Assembly (NCBI RefSeq): GCF_035084215.1
Contig: NC_090364.1
Coordinates: 8,308,001 to 8,372,000, forward strand
DNA from: Heptranchias perlo
Taxonomy: Eukaryota
Reading direction: 5' to 3'
DNA length: 64,000 bases
The notes under the pieces are model-generated. The model was not told where the DNA came from. It made no database searches and saw nothing but the letters and a program-made list of their open reading frames with translations. Each line of letters opens with the position of its first letter. Position 1 is the stretch's first letter. Positions 26,962 through 38,764 of the stretch are shown piece by piece. The position numbers were made by a program, and so were the translations under genes.

Positions 26962-27087
26962 CTCTTCTGGCATAGGGTGTAATTCAGGAGCTGTGTCACC
27001 CACTGACCCTGCCTCCACTGCGAGTCTCAGCAGACCCTGCAGATTGTTTGGGTGTTGCCTGTTTCTCTCCGGTCCACCGTCCGCCAT
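26962..27087 (-). CDS. HSPBP1: HSPBP1 coding exon 1 (MADGGPERNRQHPNNLQGLLRLAVEAG...PMPEE)
   Basis: Acceptor ttttccag before 27104, ATG at 27087 (aaaATGG), donor GAG|gtaagt. 126 nt. NLQGLL..A..AG matches the HspBP1/Fes1 N-terminus. Confidence 0.95.
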
Positions 27088-28145
27088 TTTAAAGAAACCT
27101 CAATCTGGAAAAAAAAAATCACCCTTATATTCATTAAGCAACTAACGTGCATGGGGAAAACCTTCAAAGCCGAACCAAATTCTTTCCACCACTCCATAGA
27201 AGTGGAGTACCCCATTGCTTTTGGAAGTAGCACGGATACCTGGGCAGGAGCTAACTTATTCCTAACAGAAGCAGTGGCATGGTATTACAGATCAGGTAGG
27301 TCCCAGGTCTGATCTGAGTCAGCTAATCTGTCAGAATGGTACGGACGGTACTAAAATTGACTGGGGGAGGGGAGGCGAAAGGAAACAAAAAAAAAGCAGT
27401 GATGTTTGTTGGAAGACACGAGTGTGCCAACGACAGGAGAGAGCGGACTCAGGTTTCTTTGTGACACCCCCTCCCCCCTCGCTCAAACAGCTAACGTTTA
27501 TAGGCTGGGTTCATACCTACAGAATGGCCACTTGAGCAAAGTATCAGAGGGCAACTGGTGTCTGAGGAACATTACCCCAGCCAGTAGAGGAAGGGCAAAA
27601 ATTGGCCAAAAAAATCATTTTAAATATTAACTACACTAACATCCAGATTTCAGAATGGTCCCGCTCTCATTTTGTGAACCTTTTATCTTGCTCACAATAT
27701 CATGTGTTTTTAACCATAAAACACCAAAAAACTGACACAGTAACGTGCAGCATGAAGAATATTCCCATTCTTATACCTTCACATACAAAAGTTCCAATAA
27801 ATGAAACAGTGTGCAGAGAAATAAGAACATATTACCATATCAAGATCAAATTTCATTCTGAGCTTTCAATCAGCTTGGCTCAGTTGGTAGCACTCTCACC
27901 TCGAGTCAGAAGATTATGGGTTCACACCTCAGTCCAGGACATGAACACATAATCTAGGCTGTCAGGTCAGTGCAGTACTTGGAGACCCAAACTGAGGCCC
28001 CATCTGTCTACTCATCTCATTTGCTGCTTGTAAGACTGGGATTATGCTTCAAAAGTAATTAATTGTCTGTTAAGTATTTTGAGGATGTGCCATAAATGTG
28101 AGCTTTTCCTTTTCCTTTCTTAATTTGGAATGAATAATTCAAAAC

Positions 28146-29017
28146 ACAGGTTTTCAAATTGAGGTCCCTGGAATCCTAGAGGATCTATGAGGTCATCAGC
28201 TTTCTAATGCTTGTCAAATTACCATCACGTCATTTCTGTTGCTTTATACTGATACAAACAAATAACAGCAGTTGCCTTTTAACAATGGGACAGAAAGAGG
28301 CCATTCAGCCTCTCAAGCCTGCTCAGGCACTCAATTAAGTCATGGCTGACCTGTACAGCAACTCCATTTACCCACCTTTGCTCCATATCCCTTAATAACC
28401 TTGCCTAACAAAAATCTATCAATCTCAGTCTTGATCATTCCAACTGTCCCAGCATCCACAACCTTTTGGGGGAAGAGATTGCAGATTTCTACCGCCCTTT
28501 GAGTGAAAAAGCGCTTCCTGATTTTCCTCCTAAATGGCCTGGATCTAATTTTATTACGCCCCCTCGTTCTTGATTCCCCCAACAGAGGAAATAGTTTCTC
28601 TGTACCGACCCAACTGAATGCTTTTAACATTTTAAACACCTTGATCAGATCACCTCAATTTCCAATGCAAGGCCACTATTTCTCAGAATTCTATCTCTTG
28701 TTCCTTATCAGCTCCAGATACCCAGTCCTACACACTCCTCTCCTCTTCTCTGAATCCTCATTGTACTATGATTTGAGCAGAGGTTCATCTGTATAGCCCG
28801 AGTCTTAAGCATCCCATGGATGGGGCACAGAGCGGGACATATGGCTACTACCCTTCGTGTGAAAAAATGCTCCCTGATTTCTCTCCTGAAAGGCCTAACT
28901 CTAATTTTAAGATTAACACTATTCTTTTGAAAGTTAGGTCGGGTTCCCAGGAGTCTGTGGATATTTGCAGGGTTGGGGGGGGGGGTCCCCCAATACAGCT
29001 CAGTTTGAAAACCAGTG
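28146..29017. mobile_element. Possible old hAT-type remnant with nested CR1 fragments (28290-28650 and 28850-28940, minus strand)
   Basis: Imperfect terminal inverted repeats cacaggttttcaaattg / cagtttgaaaaccagtg. CR1 peptide EKLFPLLGESRTRG inside. Confidence 0.4.
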
Positions 29018-29141
29018 TAGAAACTATACTGAAGAGCATTATTAATATCAGAACAGTGTCTAGTCATGGTGCCCCAGTCAACACAGTGTGTGGGGCAGCC
29101 TGTCAATTTTGTATGTCCCACTGTAATGCCTCTCACTACAC

Positions 29142-29178
29142 TCACCTGACGAAGGAGGAAGCCTCCGAAAGCTTGTGA
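29142..29178 (+). ncRNA. Minimal type I hammerhead ribozyme in a Penelope-like repeat (~29135-29262)
   Basis: TCAC-CTGACGA-A-GGAGG-AAG-CCTCC-GAAA-GCTT-GTGA: intact core, stem I TCAC/GTGA, palindromic stem III AAGCTT. Confidence 0.75.
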
Positions 29179-29399
29179 TTTCAAATAAATCTGTTGGACT
29201 ATAACCTGGTGTTGGAAGACTCCTTACATTTGTCCACCCCAGTCCATCACCGGCATCTCCATACAATGAACATGTCAGAATGGACCTGTAATTTGCCTCA
29301 CTTTTTTTTTTGTTATAAACCTCCCCGTATTGTTGACGGCCGAGTATAAATATAATTCCCTCTGCTATTTTCCCCACACAGACCGTCATTGAACATAAT

Positions 29400-29860
29400 A
29401 TCCGCACAGAGCGATCTCCGCCGACACCTGCCCTCTCCAGCATGGCGGCCGCCGCCTCCCAAACAATCACAGGCTGCACTCCCCCCACCACCCCGCCCGC
29501 GTTAAATGTACTTTTAAAAGACCATGAAGACCTCTCTTACCCACTCTCGCTGTCTCCGTCCTCGACGGTGGGAACTTCCCGCTGCCCTGTTAAGCCGCTG
29601 TCCTCTCCCACCCAGAAGCTTCTCCACTTTTCCAGACTCTTCCAGCGTTCAGTCCATGGGCGCCACCATCTTACCGGAAACCGCGTCATCCGGCCGTTGT
29701 CCTCCGCCTCTGTGGCGTCAGATAACCGGAAATGACCCAATTGCAGGGCAATTGGGTCGCTGCCGTCGCTGCGCCGCCATCTTTGAAAACACTGCCCCGC
29801 AGGACTGTTTGTGCATTTTCTCACTAAAACCATAAGGTCGACGCTGGGTTGCTCCAGTGT
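29400..29860. promoter_or_regulatory. CpG-island promoter of HSPBP1 with YY1 and ETS motifs
   Basis: High CpG density. CGCCGCCATCTT (YY1, ~29772-29783). CCGGAA sites at ~29674 and ~29726. Confidence 0.8.
29541..29680 (-). other. HSPBP1: HSPBP1 probable non-coding exon 1 (5' end approximate)
   Basis: Lies in the CpG island and ends at GGG-rich donor G|gtaaga (GT at 29540-29539). The next exon carries the ATG. Confidence 0.7.
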
Positions 29861-30089
29861 CATCAAATAAAAGTGCTCCCTTTTTTAAATGAGGGTAACA
29901 ACCAACAAGGAACTAAACCATAAAACAAATGAAGCTTATTAAATTAAATAATATTACACCTAGTGTCCAGTATGCCCTCCAGTCCCTGTCTCTAGTCACA
30001 TTCATTTCTCCCCCCTTTCTGCTAAAGGCATGAACTCTTTTCTGGCACATGGTTCCACGGGCACCGACCTGTCTCCAGTGGCCATTATG

Positions 30090-30337
30090 TAGGGTTGCCA
30101 ATTCTCTTAGGAATTAAAGGTTAATCTACTGGACACTGCTGCGAGCAACCCGGAGAATAATCGTAGCGGCGTTAAAAAAAAAATCATTTTCTTTGAACAA
30201 TTTTGCTTATTAGTTATAAAAAGAATATAGCTCTGTGTGGGGGGGGGGGGCGGAAAGGCTGTTTGACTGGGTGGGGCGGATGGGAGATGGTGTGATGAAA
30301 CCTCCAGGAATACATCCAACCACAGATGGCAACCCTA
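30090..30337. mobile_element. hAT (Blackjack-like) MITE, copy 1
   Basis: Perfect 11-bp TIRs TAGGGTTGCCA / TGGCAACCCTA. Confidence 0.8.
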
Positions 30338-30469
30338 CGAGTGAATGTAGGCAGAGTATTTGATTGTGAGACAGGGCAGCACTGCCGAAAGAGCCCACCC
30401 TCACTGAACAGGCACGCACGCCTACCCACACCTTCCAGCAGGGAACAGTGATCAGAAGCAGGAACCAAG

Positions 30470-30914
30470 TAGGGTTCCCAACTGTGGTTGGACATGTTCC
30501 TGGAGGTTTCAGCACATGATCCCCAACCGTCCCGCCCAGTCAAACAGCTTTTCTTCCCCTATCTCCAATATTTTTATAACTACTAAACAAAAGTGTTCAA
30601 ACAAAATGATTTTTTTTTAATGTCCCAAAGCTTTTTCTCCCAGTTAGCTTGCAGCAGTGTCCAGGAGATTAATTTTTAATTCCTGGAGACTCCAAGACAT
30701 AAGAACATAAGGAATGGGAGCAGGAGTAGGCCACACAGCCCCTCGAAGCTGCTCTGTCTTTCAATAAGATCATGGCTGATCTTTGACCTCAACTCCACTT
30801 TCCCACCCTATCCCCATATCCCTTGATTCCCTTAGTGTCCAAAAATCTCTTGATCTCAGTCTTGAATATACTCAACGACTGAGCATCCACAATCCTGAAG
30901 GGTTGGCAATCTTA
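30470..30914. mobile_element. hAT MITE, copy 2 (inverted relative to copy 1), interrupted by a CR1 3' end at ~30698-30892
   Basis: TIRs TAGGGTTCCCA / TGGCAATCTTA. 8-bp target-site duplication gaaccaag/gaatcaag. Confidence 0.8.
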
Positions 30915-31237
30915 GAATCAAGCCCAATTTATCCCTTCCTCACCCAAAATTATCTCCCCAGGGCATCTACCACTTGGCTTGGATGAGCTAATGAACCTAA
31001 GCTGCCATGAGTCATATGTGAGCTGAGATAGTGAGTGGGAGAAGGCTATTTGACCAGGGTATCTCAGCCAAGCTCCAGTCAGTCCATCCTTCAAAACCAT
31101 CCCCCAGGAAGAGACAGCACCTCCAGGAAGGGAGGGGGAAGGTTTCTGCACCTCAAAAACAAAAAAAACATAGCACAACAGACAGAATGCAATTTAGAAA
31201 CATTCCTTTTAATTCGACTGGGGAAAAAAATACAAGT

Positions 31238-31243
31238 TTTATT
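31238..31243 (-). terminator. Likely KMT5C polyadenylation signal (AATAAA)
   Basis: Minus strand reads TTTTGTAAC...TGTATAAATATGTCCTG-AATAAA, a typical mRNA terminus with TGTA elements. A second signal (ATTAAA) lies at 31208-31213. Confidence 0.6.
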
Positions 31244-33200
31244 CAGGACATATTTATACAGTATGTGAAATGTTACAAAAGATCAGGTTTCACAGTTCTT
31301 GGAAAAGAATAATTCTAACAAGCACCTCTTCGAGATAAGAGCAAAGTTGTGGGGGTGGGGGTGGGGGTGGTGACACAAAAAGATCTCCACAGTTTTTTAA
31401 AAAAATACAATAGTACTAATGAGAAAAAGATAAATTAAAGCTTAATCGTTAGAATCTATCCTCTGTGAATTTTATCCACACAAGTGCGGAGAGACTGTGA
31501 TCTCCAGGGGCTGCCGCTGCCAGTTTATCTTTACCAGATGCACATCGCAGCCATCGGCTCCACCGTTCAACCGTGCGGAATAGGAACCTTGCAAACTATT
31601 TCCACCAGTGCTGCAGGCTTTTAAAGCCAAGTGCCGCCTCTTATCTTTTATTAATGATCAGTTCTCCCTTTCTCTTCTGAGGACACCTACCCTTGGTGGG
31701 GTACAGTTAGTGCCCCCAAGTTGGCATTCTCAGTTTGTAAGCCAAGGGAGGGAGGTTCGGCTATGTGAGGAATCACAGCCGAGCCGATTCTGTTGTTTCA
31801 CATGCACACTTTCTGGGTTGGGTCGGTCGGGGGGTTGTTCTCTGCTCTAAAGGCCTAATGGGTAAAGGTGACATCTGTTATGGCACACATCTGAAAGTCC
31901 TATGTTCGATTCTTGGTCTATGCTGAATTAGCTGAGGCAAGCACCAGTCAAATTTTGGGGCATTACAATTGGCCTCATTACCCTTGGGCTATGACAGGGG
32001 GGGGGGGGGGAGGAAAAAATTAGTTGGGGTTCCTGCCCCTGATCACTATCGATGCTACAGTCTTAAGAAACACAGGCCAAACCGAGTACAGTATGTGCGA
32101 CTCCAATATGTGTTTTTCATCGGTAAACAACAGTCCAGACTGGTGAAGGATCACTGGCTGTAGGCCTCTTAAGGGGTACCTGGGGGTGAGAAGTGCCGCT
32201 TTGGAGGGCTGTCAGTGCCCTCTGCTGGTATTGGTTTACAGGCTGCATGTGCAATGGACACCTCTGTGGAGTCTCAGTTTCTCCAGACAAGATTGGGTGC
32301 GTGGAGCCCAGAACAACTGCAAGTTTAAACAGTCCTTCTCGGTTAGGAAGCTGGGACTTCTCATGTCACATTCAGGTCTATAATCCTTAAAAGATCCCAC
32401 ATGAATGATCCCACAACAACATCCCATTTAGAGTATGTGTGCTGGCAAGTGTGGTAATGCTACAGCATCGTAATGTTTGAATATTGTGCCACAACCTCCA
32501 CTGGGCATTCTGGTGGTTATTCATCACCTGAATTGTGAAAGTTCTTTTGCTGATTACCTGCCTCCCCCCACCTCCTCTTGAAGGCGCTGACTTTTGTTGT
32601 GGGACGGTTTCACGGACACTGACAGCAACCTCACCTCTTTGGTCATTCTTTATGTTTGAACCTAGGCACTGGCTGTCAGCAGGCATTTCAACGACGAAAA
32701 GCGTTACAGCCGACAGAAGCACAGACGGTAATCAAGACAGGGTCCCCTCCAGCTCAGGAGTGATGACGTCAACTGCAGCCCACCAGCCGCTGTCCCAGCT
32801 GATATCAGCGAACTCACCACAGACCATCCATCAAACTTATCGTCTGTACGGGTTAGTACCAAGGCAGTGCCTTCATTCATTGGGCTGTGGAGGTCCGGGA
32901 AGAAAGAGAGAAATTCTTCTGGTAATGTCACCTGCATTGCTGCTAAATCCACAGCAGTTTCAATGTGATCTAATTCCCAATATTGGAATGGCTTTTTCTC
33001 AAGCTCCTGGTACATGACTGGGTGCAGCTCTGTGACACCCTCAATCCAGCGCTACTGGGGGTATATAACCCAAACAAGAAATTCGTTCATTTTGTTTGTT
33101 TTTCGAATTTCTTTTGGCGGATATTGTCCTTAGCGACCAGGTAAGTGAAGTTATTGAGCATCATTTGTCTCAGGTACACACAAATTATATATATAAAAAA

Positions 33201-33231
<31 letters not shown>

Positions 33232-34219
33232 GCTAATGAGGAGAATGTTAGTTTAAGACAATGTAGATTTCACAAATTGACTTTTGTGCATGGGCAAACC
33301 AGTCCTTTACCAGACATCAATTTAGTTTAACTGTTCAAGATCAGTTCGAGAACTGGGAACAATGGTCAAGGTAAGTGTTGTTGGTCTGAATGAGATAGCT
33401 CCTAATGCAGAGACAGATGAATATCTGAATAATTCCGTACTACTTTCCTGATCTATTTGGAAGGATTGCAGAACATCTGGCCTCCGATGATGCAGGTAAC
33501 CCTCCTGCGCGTAGATCTGGACAGAACAACAGATCATTGCAGTTGAAAGATTTGCCTGCAACATCATAAAGCCAGCACAGGTGAGACTTGGAAGGTACAA
33601 TATCCTGGGCACCACAGGGTAGCAGGCTGCGGTTTTGTACCTGGGACTACCTACATGGCACATTCCTAATCTCAACTGCATTGTTATGGAGTGGCAGGAA
33701 ATGTATTTGCTACTAGGCGGCGGGGTGGGACGGGGGGTGGGGGTGCGATGGGGAGGAACAGGGGCAATAAATATGAACAGGCAGGCAGCCCATCTTGCTC
33801 TCAGGAATCTCCTTGCACTTTGCACTGGCTCGAGGGCAGACCAGCAACATGTCCTCCTGCAGGCATGTTGCACCGTGTGCAAGCAGGAAGAATATAAACG
33901 GAAAATAAACGATAAAGGTCTGAATCGCTCTCCAGCTGCAACACTTTTGGGACAGCTCCAAAAATGCACTGCCTCATTAATTTATTTTGCAGCATTTCCT
34001 ACTTAAGCCTTCCCCTCCCGGGCCTCGGCCAACACCTCTCACATCACAGGGTAAGTGTAAGTAGCCTGGGACAACTCTCCCACTCCGTTTCCTCCTTGCG
34101 ACTCCTGTCCTATACTGGTAGGAAGAACCTCGGACTCCCCACCCCACCAAAACACACACAAAAAAAAAGCCTGGTCAAAATCAAAGACGTGTCCCACCAT
34201 TCCAGGGCTCTGAATGCTG

Positions 34220-34530
34220 CTACACTAGGACTACTTTTGGATGAGACGTTAAACCGAGCCCCATCCGCCCTCAAGTAGACGTAAAAGATCCCATGGCACT
34301 AGTTCGAAGAAGGACAGGGGAGTTCTCCCCGGTGTCCTGGCCAATATTTATCCCTCAACCAACATCACTAAAACTTATCTGGATATTCTCTCATTGCTGT
34401 TTGCGGGAGCTTGCTGTGTGCAAATTGGCTACCGCATTTCCTACATTACAACAGTGACTACACTTCATTGGCTGTGAAGCGCTTTTGGGATGTCCTGAGG
34501 TCGTGAAAGGTGCTATATAAATGCAAGTTG
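34220..34530 (+). mobile_element. Deu-domain SINE in the putative KMT5C 3'UTR
   Basis: Same core and tail as 25450-25848. Confidence 0.75.
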
Positions 34531-34644
34531 TCTCTTTCTTTACTGTGCAGCAATTGTCCATCTTACATCTTTTTCTATCTCCCACCCGAGGCAGAAACCA
34601 TGCCCTGCAACTATACGATCCACTTTTATCTTGCAGCCATCTGT

Positions 34645-35035
34645 CCTCCTCTCCTGAAGACGCTGCCTCTTGCTGCGGGCATGGGTGGCACAGGCACTAG
34701 ACAGAACCAGTGGCCAGTAGTACTCACAGGTGGGCTTAGACAGTTAAGTGTCAGCAGGCTGGTGCACTTTGGAGGGCATCGCCACCAAGCCGAGTCCTGC
34801 CACCACCCAACATCCGAATGCACGCAGTTTCTCCATGCTGGGATCACAGGATGGCGGTCAGGTGTGAACTCGGGCCGAGTTATTTCCCAACTCCCGCACC
34901 TCTCTAACCCTGGGGCTACAAAGGCCTGGTGTAGCGCTCCTTAGACCAAGTAGCTCAGCAGAGACTGGGCTCAAGCTTGGAACGTGTCTGACCTCTGTAG
35001 CTACACCAGCTGATGCATTTACTGACTGAGCCATC
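34645..35035 (-). mobile_element. LF-SINE-like element (representative of ~30 copies)
   Basis: Matches the remembered LF-SINE consensus (ggctcag...tctctgctgagctac...cagcctgctgacact...cttcaggagagagg). Confidence 0.65.
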
Positions 35036-35754
35036 TGGGGGGGGGGGGGGGGGGGCGGTGGGGGGCTAGAGGTAACTTTCATAAACAGTAGTGTTACGGT
35101 GAGGAAAAAATGACCATTCCTCCCAAACAAGTGACTGAGGTCAGGTGGGTTTTAATGCAGGGCAGGTAGATAGTTTCAAAGTCCATGACATAGTAGCACA
35201 CACAATAAATTCCTGCGTTTACCTTGATTCCTGTTTTTATGTGGAGACTATCCTTAGTTGTACGGTACATTCAAGAAGCAGCAATTTAACATCCTTATTT
35301 CATTGTTCCCGGAGAACAGGTAGGAGGACACAATTGCCTATCTGTGGAAGAATTTTTAAAACCCACCCCAGACCGGGAGAGGGAGCGCTCACACACACAC
35401 GCACACATACGTACACTCATACACGCACGATATTTTCACCCTGCGTTCTACAGCTCCAGAACCAGTGTTGTCACGAGGCATATTTACTGCATTGGTACCA
35501 GTAAGCTATAAAGAAAACACTTTAGCCATACGCTTTAATGTTGTGACCCATCTGCTTCATGTGATACTCTTAAATCATCACTTCGAATTACTCCCACCCA
35601 GTGACAGACCCATACCTACCAGTATTTCAGCCTAATGTTATACAGTCTACTCTCTGCAGACACAACCCACGTTTGGAAGGTCTGAATCTATAACTGTACC
35701 GCTGAGCGTTTCCCATATCACGCCCACCATTACACTTTATCAAAACTACACTTT

Positions 35755-36035
35755 AAGATAATTGCCAAAAGAACCGGGGGAGGGGGGGGGGTCGACGAGG
35801 AGATTTTTTTTTTAACGCAGCGAGTTGTTATGATCTGGAATGCACTGCCTGAAAGGGCGGTGGAAGCAGATTCAATAATAACATTCAAAGGGGAATCGGT
35901 TATATACTTGAAAAGGAAAAATTTGCAGGGCTATGGGGAAAGAGTGGGGGAGGACGGTTAGTTGGATAGCTCTTTCAAAGAGCCAGCAAAGGGACAATGG
36001 GCTGAATGGCCTCCTTCTGTGCTGTATGATTTTAT
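35755..36035 (+). mobile_element. CR1 LINE 3' end
   Basis: gatctggaatgcactgcctgaaagg...gaatggcctccttctgtgctgtatgatt. Confidence 0.85.
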
Positions 36036-37115
36036 GAAATTACCCATTCCCCATAGGCAGGTCTTAGACGTCAGACTTGTGAAATTTTCAGACCTAGTTA
36101 GAACCATTTAAGAGAAAGAAAATGCACAAAACTCCTTGTAGACTTCAGACACAGAAAAAAAAACTTTGCTTTTAAAAAAAAAACATTTTTACTTCTCTCT
36201 TATGAGGAAGGATATCAAGCACATCAGCCAATCGATAAGCACCAAAAGTTGTTATCCTGAGGTTATATGAAGCTTTACATATTGTCCCTGGGGCAGTGTT
36301 GAGAAGGTGTGAGAGCACTTCAAATTCTACATAAAGGAATACTCAAAGGAAAGTTCAAACAAATCTCACTTTTGTGAGCTGTTCCTTATATATTACATGA
36401 CTTGCCAGTTCATGAGCTACTTGCTTTAATAACCCACTGTTCAAACCACCCAGCAGGACAGTCACAGCCACTTCCTAGTTTGCACATCAATTTATTTTTG
36501 TTCCTCTAATTTCCCTCCTCTCATGACTCCTGCTGGGGTACAGTTCCAAGACACTAGCAGTTCTCGGGTACCTCTCCCAAGTGCCCTGTTAACCCGGGCA
36601 GTCAGTGTCAGCAGGCTATTTTGACTATGGAGGGCATCCCAGCTGATTCTGTTCTCATTCGGCATCTGCAGGTGCCTTTTCCAGCAGGGGTCGCTGGACA
36701 GCGATCAGGAGAGGAAACCCTGGCTGATTCTTACCCCCCACCCACCCACCCACCCCTCCCCACCCAAGGACACGGAGGCTGCCTGCAGCGCCAGTCACCT
36801 CTGCCCCAGTTGAGATCAGGTGACATCCGCACATATTGGGTATCAAACCCATGGGCCTTCCAGGTGGTTAAGGCTCAGTTCCACACAGGGGAGTGAAACC
36901 GATGCCCCATCATCACGATGCAGCAAAAATCATTGTGCAAACCGGGAAACAGCTACAGTTCAACCACTGAGCTAATCAAGAACATAAGTAGGAGGAGGGA
37001 ATTTTACATTATGTCTGTACGTGAGGGAAGGATCAGAAATAAAAGGTTTTTTTTTGTGTGCCTTCCACAGAATATTCCTTTAGAGAAAAAAAAACTTCCT
37101 GCCCCAATGTAATGC

Positions 37116-38764
37116 TCAGATGGAATCGTCGCTCGTCGAAGAGGAGATATCGAAGTTTATGGAGCCGTGGCTGACCACCAGACGCAGACGCTTGGATCGA
37201 GCAAATGGCGTGAAAGCCGCAGCTCTTTTGCCATCTTCAACCGAAGAAACGAAACAGTTGTGCGACAGCACTCCCTCGCCGTGCGAGGGCCCCAGCCCCA
37301 TCACTTCTGAGCTACAGAGCCTCGTTTCCTGCGGGGAGCTCGCGAAACTCCTGAAGCGCTTACACTGGGGTGCGTTACCGGCTGCCGAGCCCAGTCCATT
37401 AGCCGTTTCTATTCCCTCGTCGTTGTTCCCCCTCCTTTTGACGGTTTGCTTTGGTAACTGCCGACCGCCTGTTTTCTGTCTGTTAACCTGCCGCTTGTTT
37501 CGCCTCGCTGGTTTGCTCGCACGGGAGCACAGCTGAGCACAGCGTAAAGTCCTCAATGATCCGTCATCTGTTATCTGGTCAGATGCCATTTTGGAATCCA
37601 GCAGACTGCTCCCTCCCTCTCCTTCCATGCTCAACCTTGCAGCCAATCTCCTCCTAACATACCATGTGCGAGTGGCAGACTCGCAGATCTTTGAAATGTC
37701 TTCCAGAACGACGCGGACATCTCGAATTTCCGATGAGGGTGCAACTCCATAACTCTCGTCCGCTGAGACCCGTGGGCCTTGACTACAGTTTTGCTGAGGT
37801 GTCCCGTTGCCTTGTACTGAGCTCTGTGCTTCATTCTTGACACTAGTTACAAGGACAGCATCCTTGCTCAAATCAATTTTCACAAAATGGGTCAAACCAA
37901 ACGCTCTTCCTGGCAACACCTCTGGGCTTGGTAAGCTCTTTCTCTTTTGATTCATCCTCTTTTTCAACATCCTCTTCCGCCTCCTCCTCCTCTTTCTTAC
38001 CAGGATGCCACCAGACACCTTCTCACTGCCAGTTTGCGAATCAAGAGGAAACTGGCCTGGAGAAAAGGCTTCATGTGTGCTCTGTGGTTTGGATGGTGTC
38101 TTGCAGCCAAATGCTTGGTCTGGTGAAGGAACGTTTGCTTCAGTTTTTAAATCAAGAGCATTTAAATTCTTCAAACTTGGCTTCAGTGACTTCCTAGGGT
38201 TGGGTTCAGATGCTGGAGCTCCATTGGTGCTCACAGGAGCTTTCTGATTGGTCACCTCTTCTGGTCGCTGAGAAGCAGCTAGGTCCAGGTCGGCCTCCGG
38301 ATTGTCCCACAAATATCTCCCAAGGTTTCTTGCAGCTGCTTCATTCAAGATGGTCAACGTCCCAGCTAGATTTGCGCAATCGTACAGATCCACTCGTAAG
38401 TCTTTCAAGACGACGCCTTCCGGCATCAGGAATGTTGCAGGCATTTCAGGATTGGTTTCCTTAGCTGTAGGCTGGAGCTGCAACGTTGAGGAATACCCAA
38501 ACCCATGGTGAAATCTTTCCGCCATCCTCTTCTGCAATAGAGATTCTGCACCGTGATAAGTAGTCCTGCTCTCATTCTGAAGATACTCCATTGAGCATCC
38601 ATTGCTTGCCACCTTCTTCCCTTTCCCATCGTGAAAGTTCTGCAGCTGCAATGCCACCGATTGAATTGCAGACGATGACTTTGAGTGGGCGCTACGTGGG
38701 GTCCGCCTTTTCCATTTTCCTCGTCTATTCCTCCTTGAAGTTAAGGAGAGTCTTCTGGCTGAAG
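37116..38764 (-). CDS. KMT5C: KMT5C large terminal coding exon (548 aa, ending FTPFARSKRLRLVVSHGSINFDISSSTSDDSI*)
   Basis: ttttctttcttcag|CT, phase 1, inside the 563-aa ORF. KRLRLVVSHGSI is the KMT5C C-terminal motif. Joined CDS is 2538 nt = 845 aa. Confidence 0.92.

Noticed and set aside
29537-29866. 109-aa ORF as an HSPBP1 N-terminal extension
   Set aside because: It spans the promoter and has no similarity to HspBP1. The ATG at 27087 has good context and gives the conserved start.
33322-33969. 215-aa minus-strand ORF as a gene
   Set aside because: No recognisable domain or splice structure, and it lies in the probable KMT5C 3'UTR. Treated as a chance ORF.
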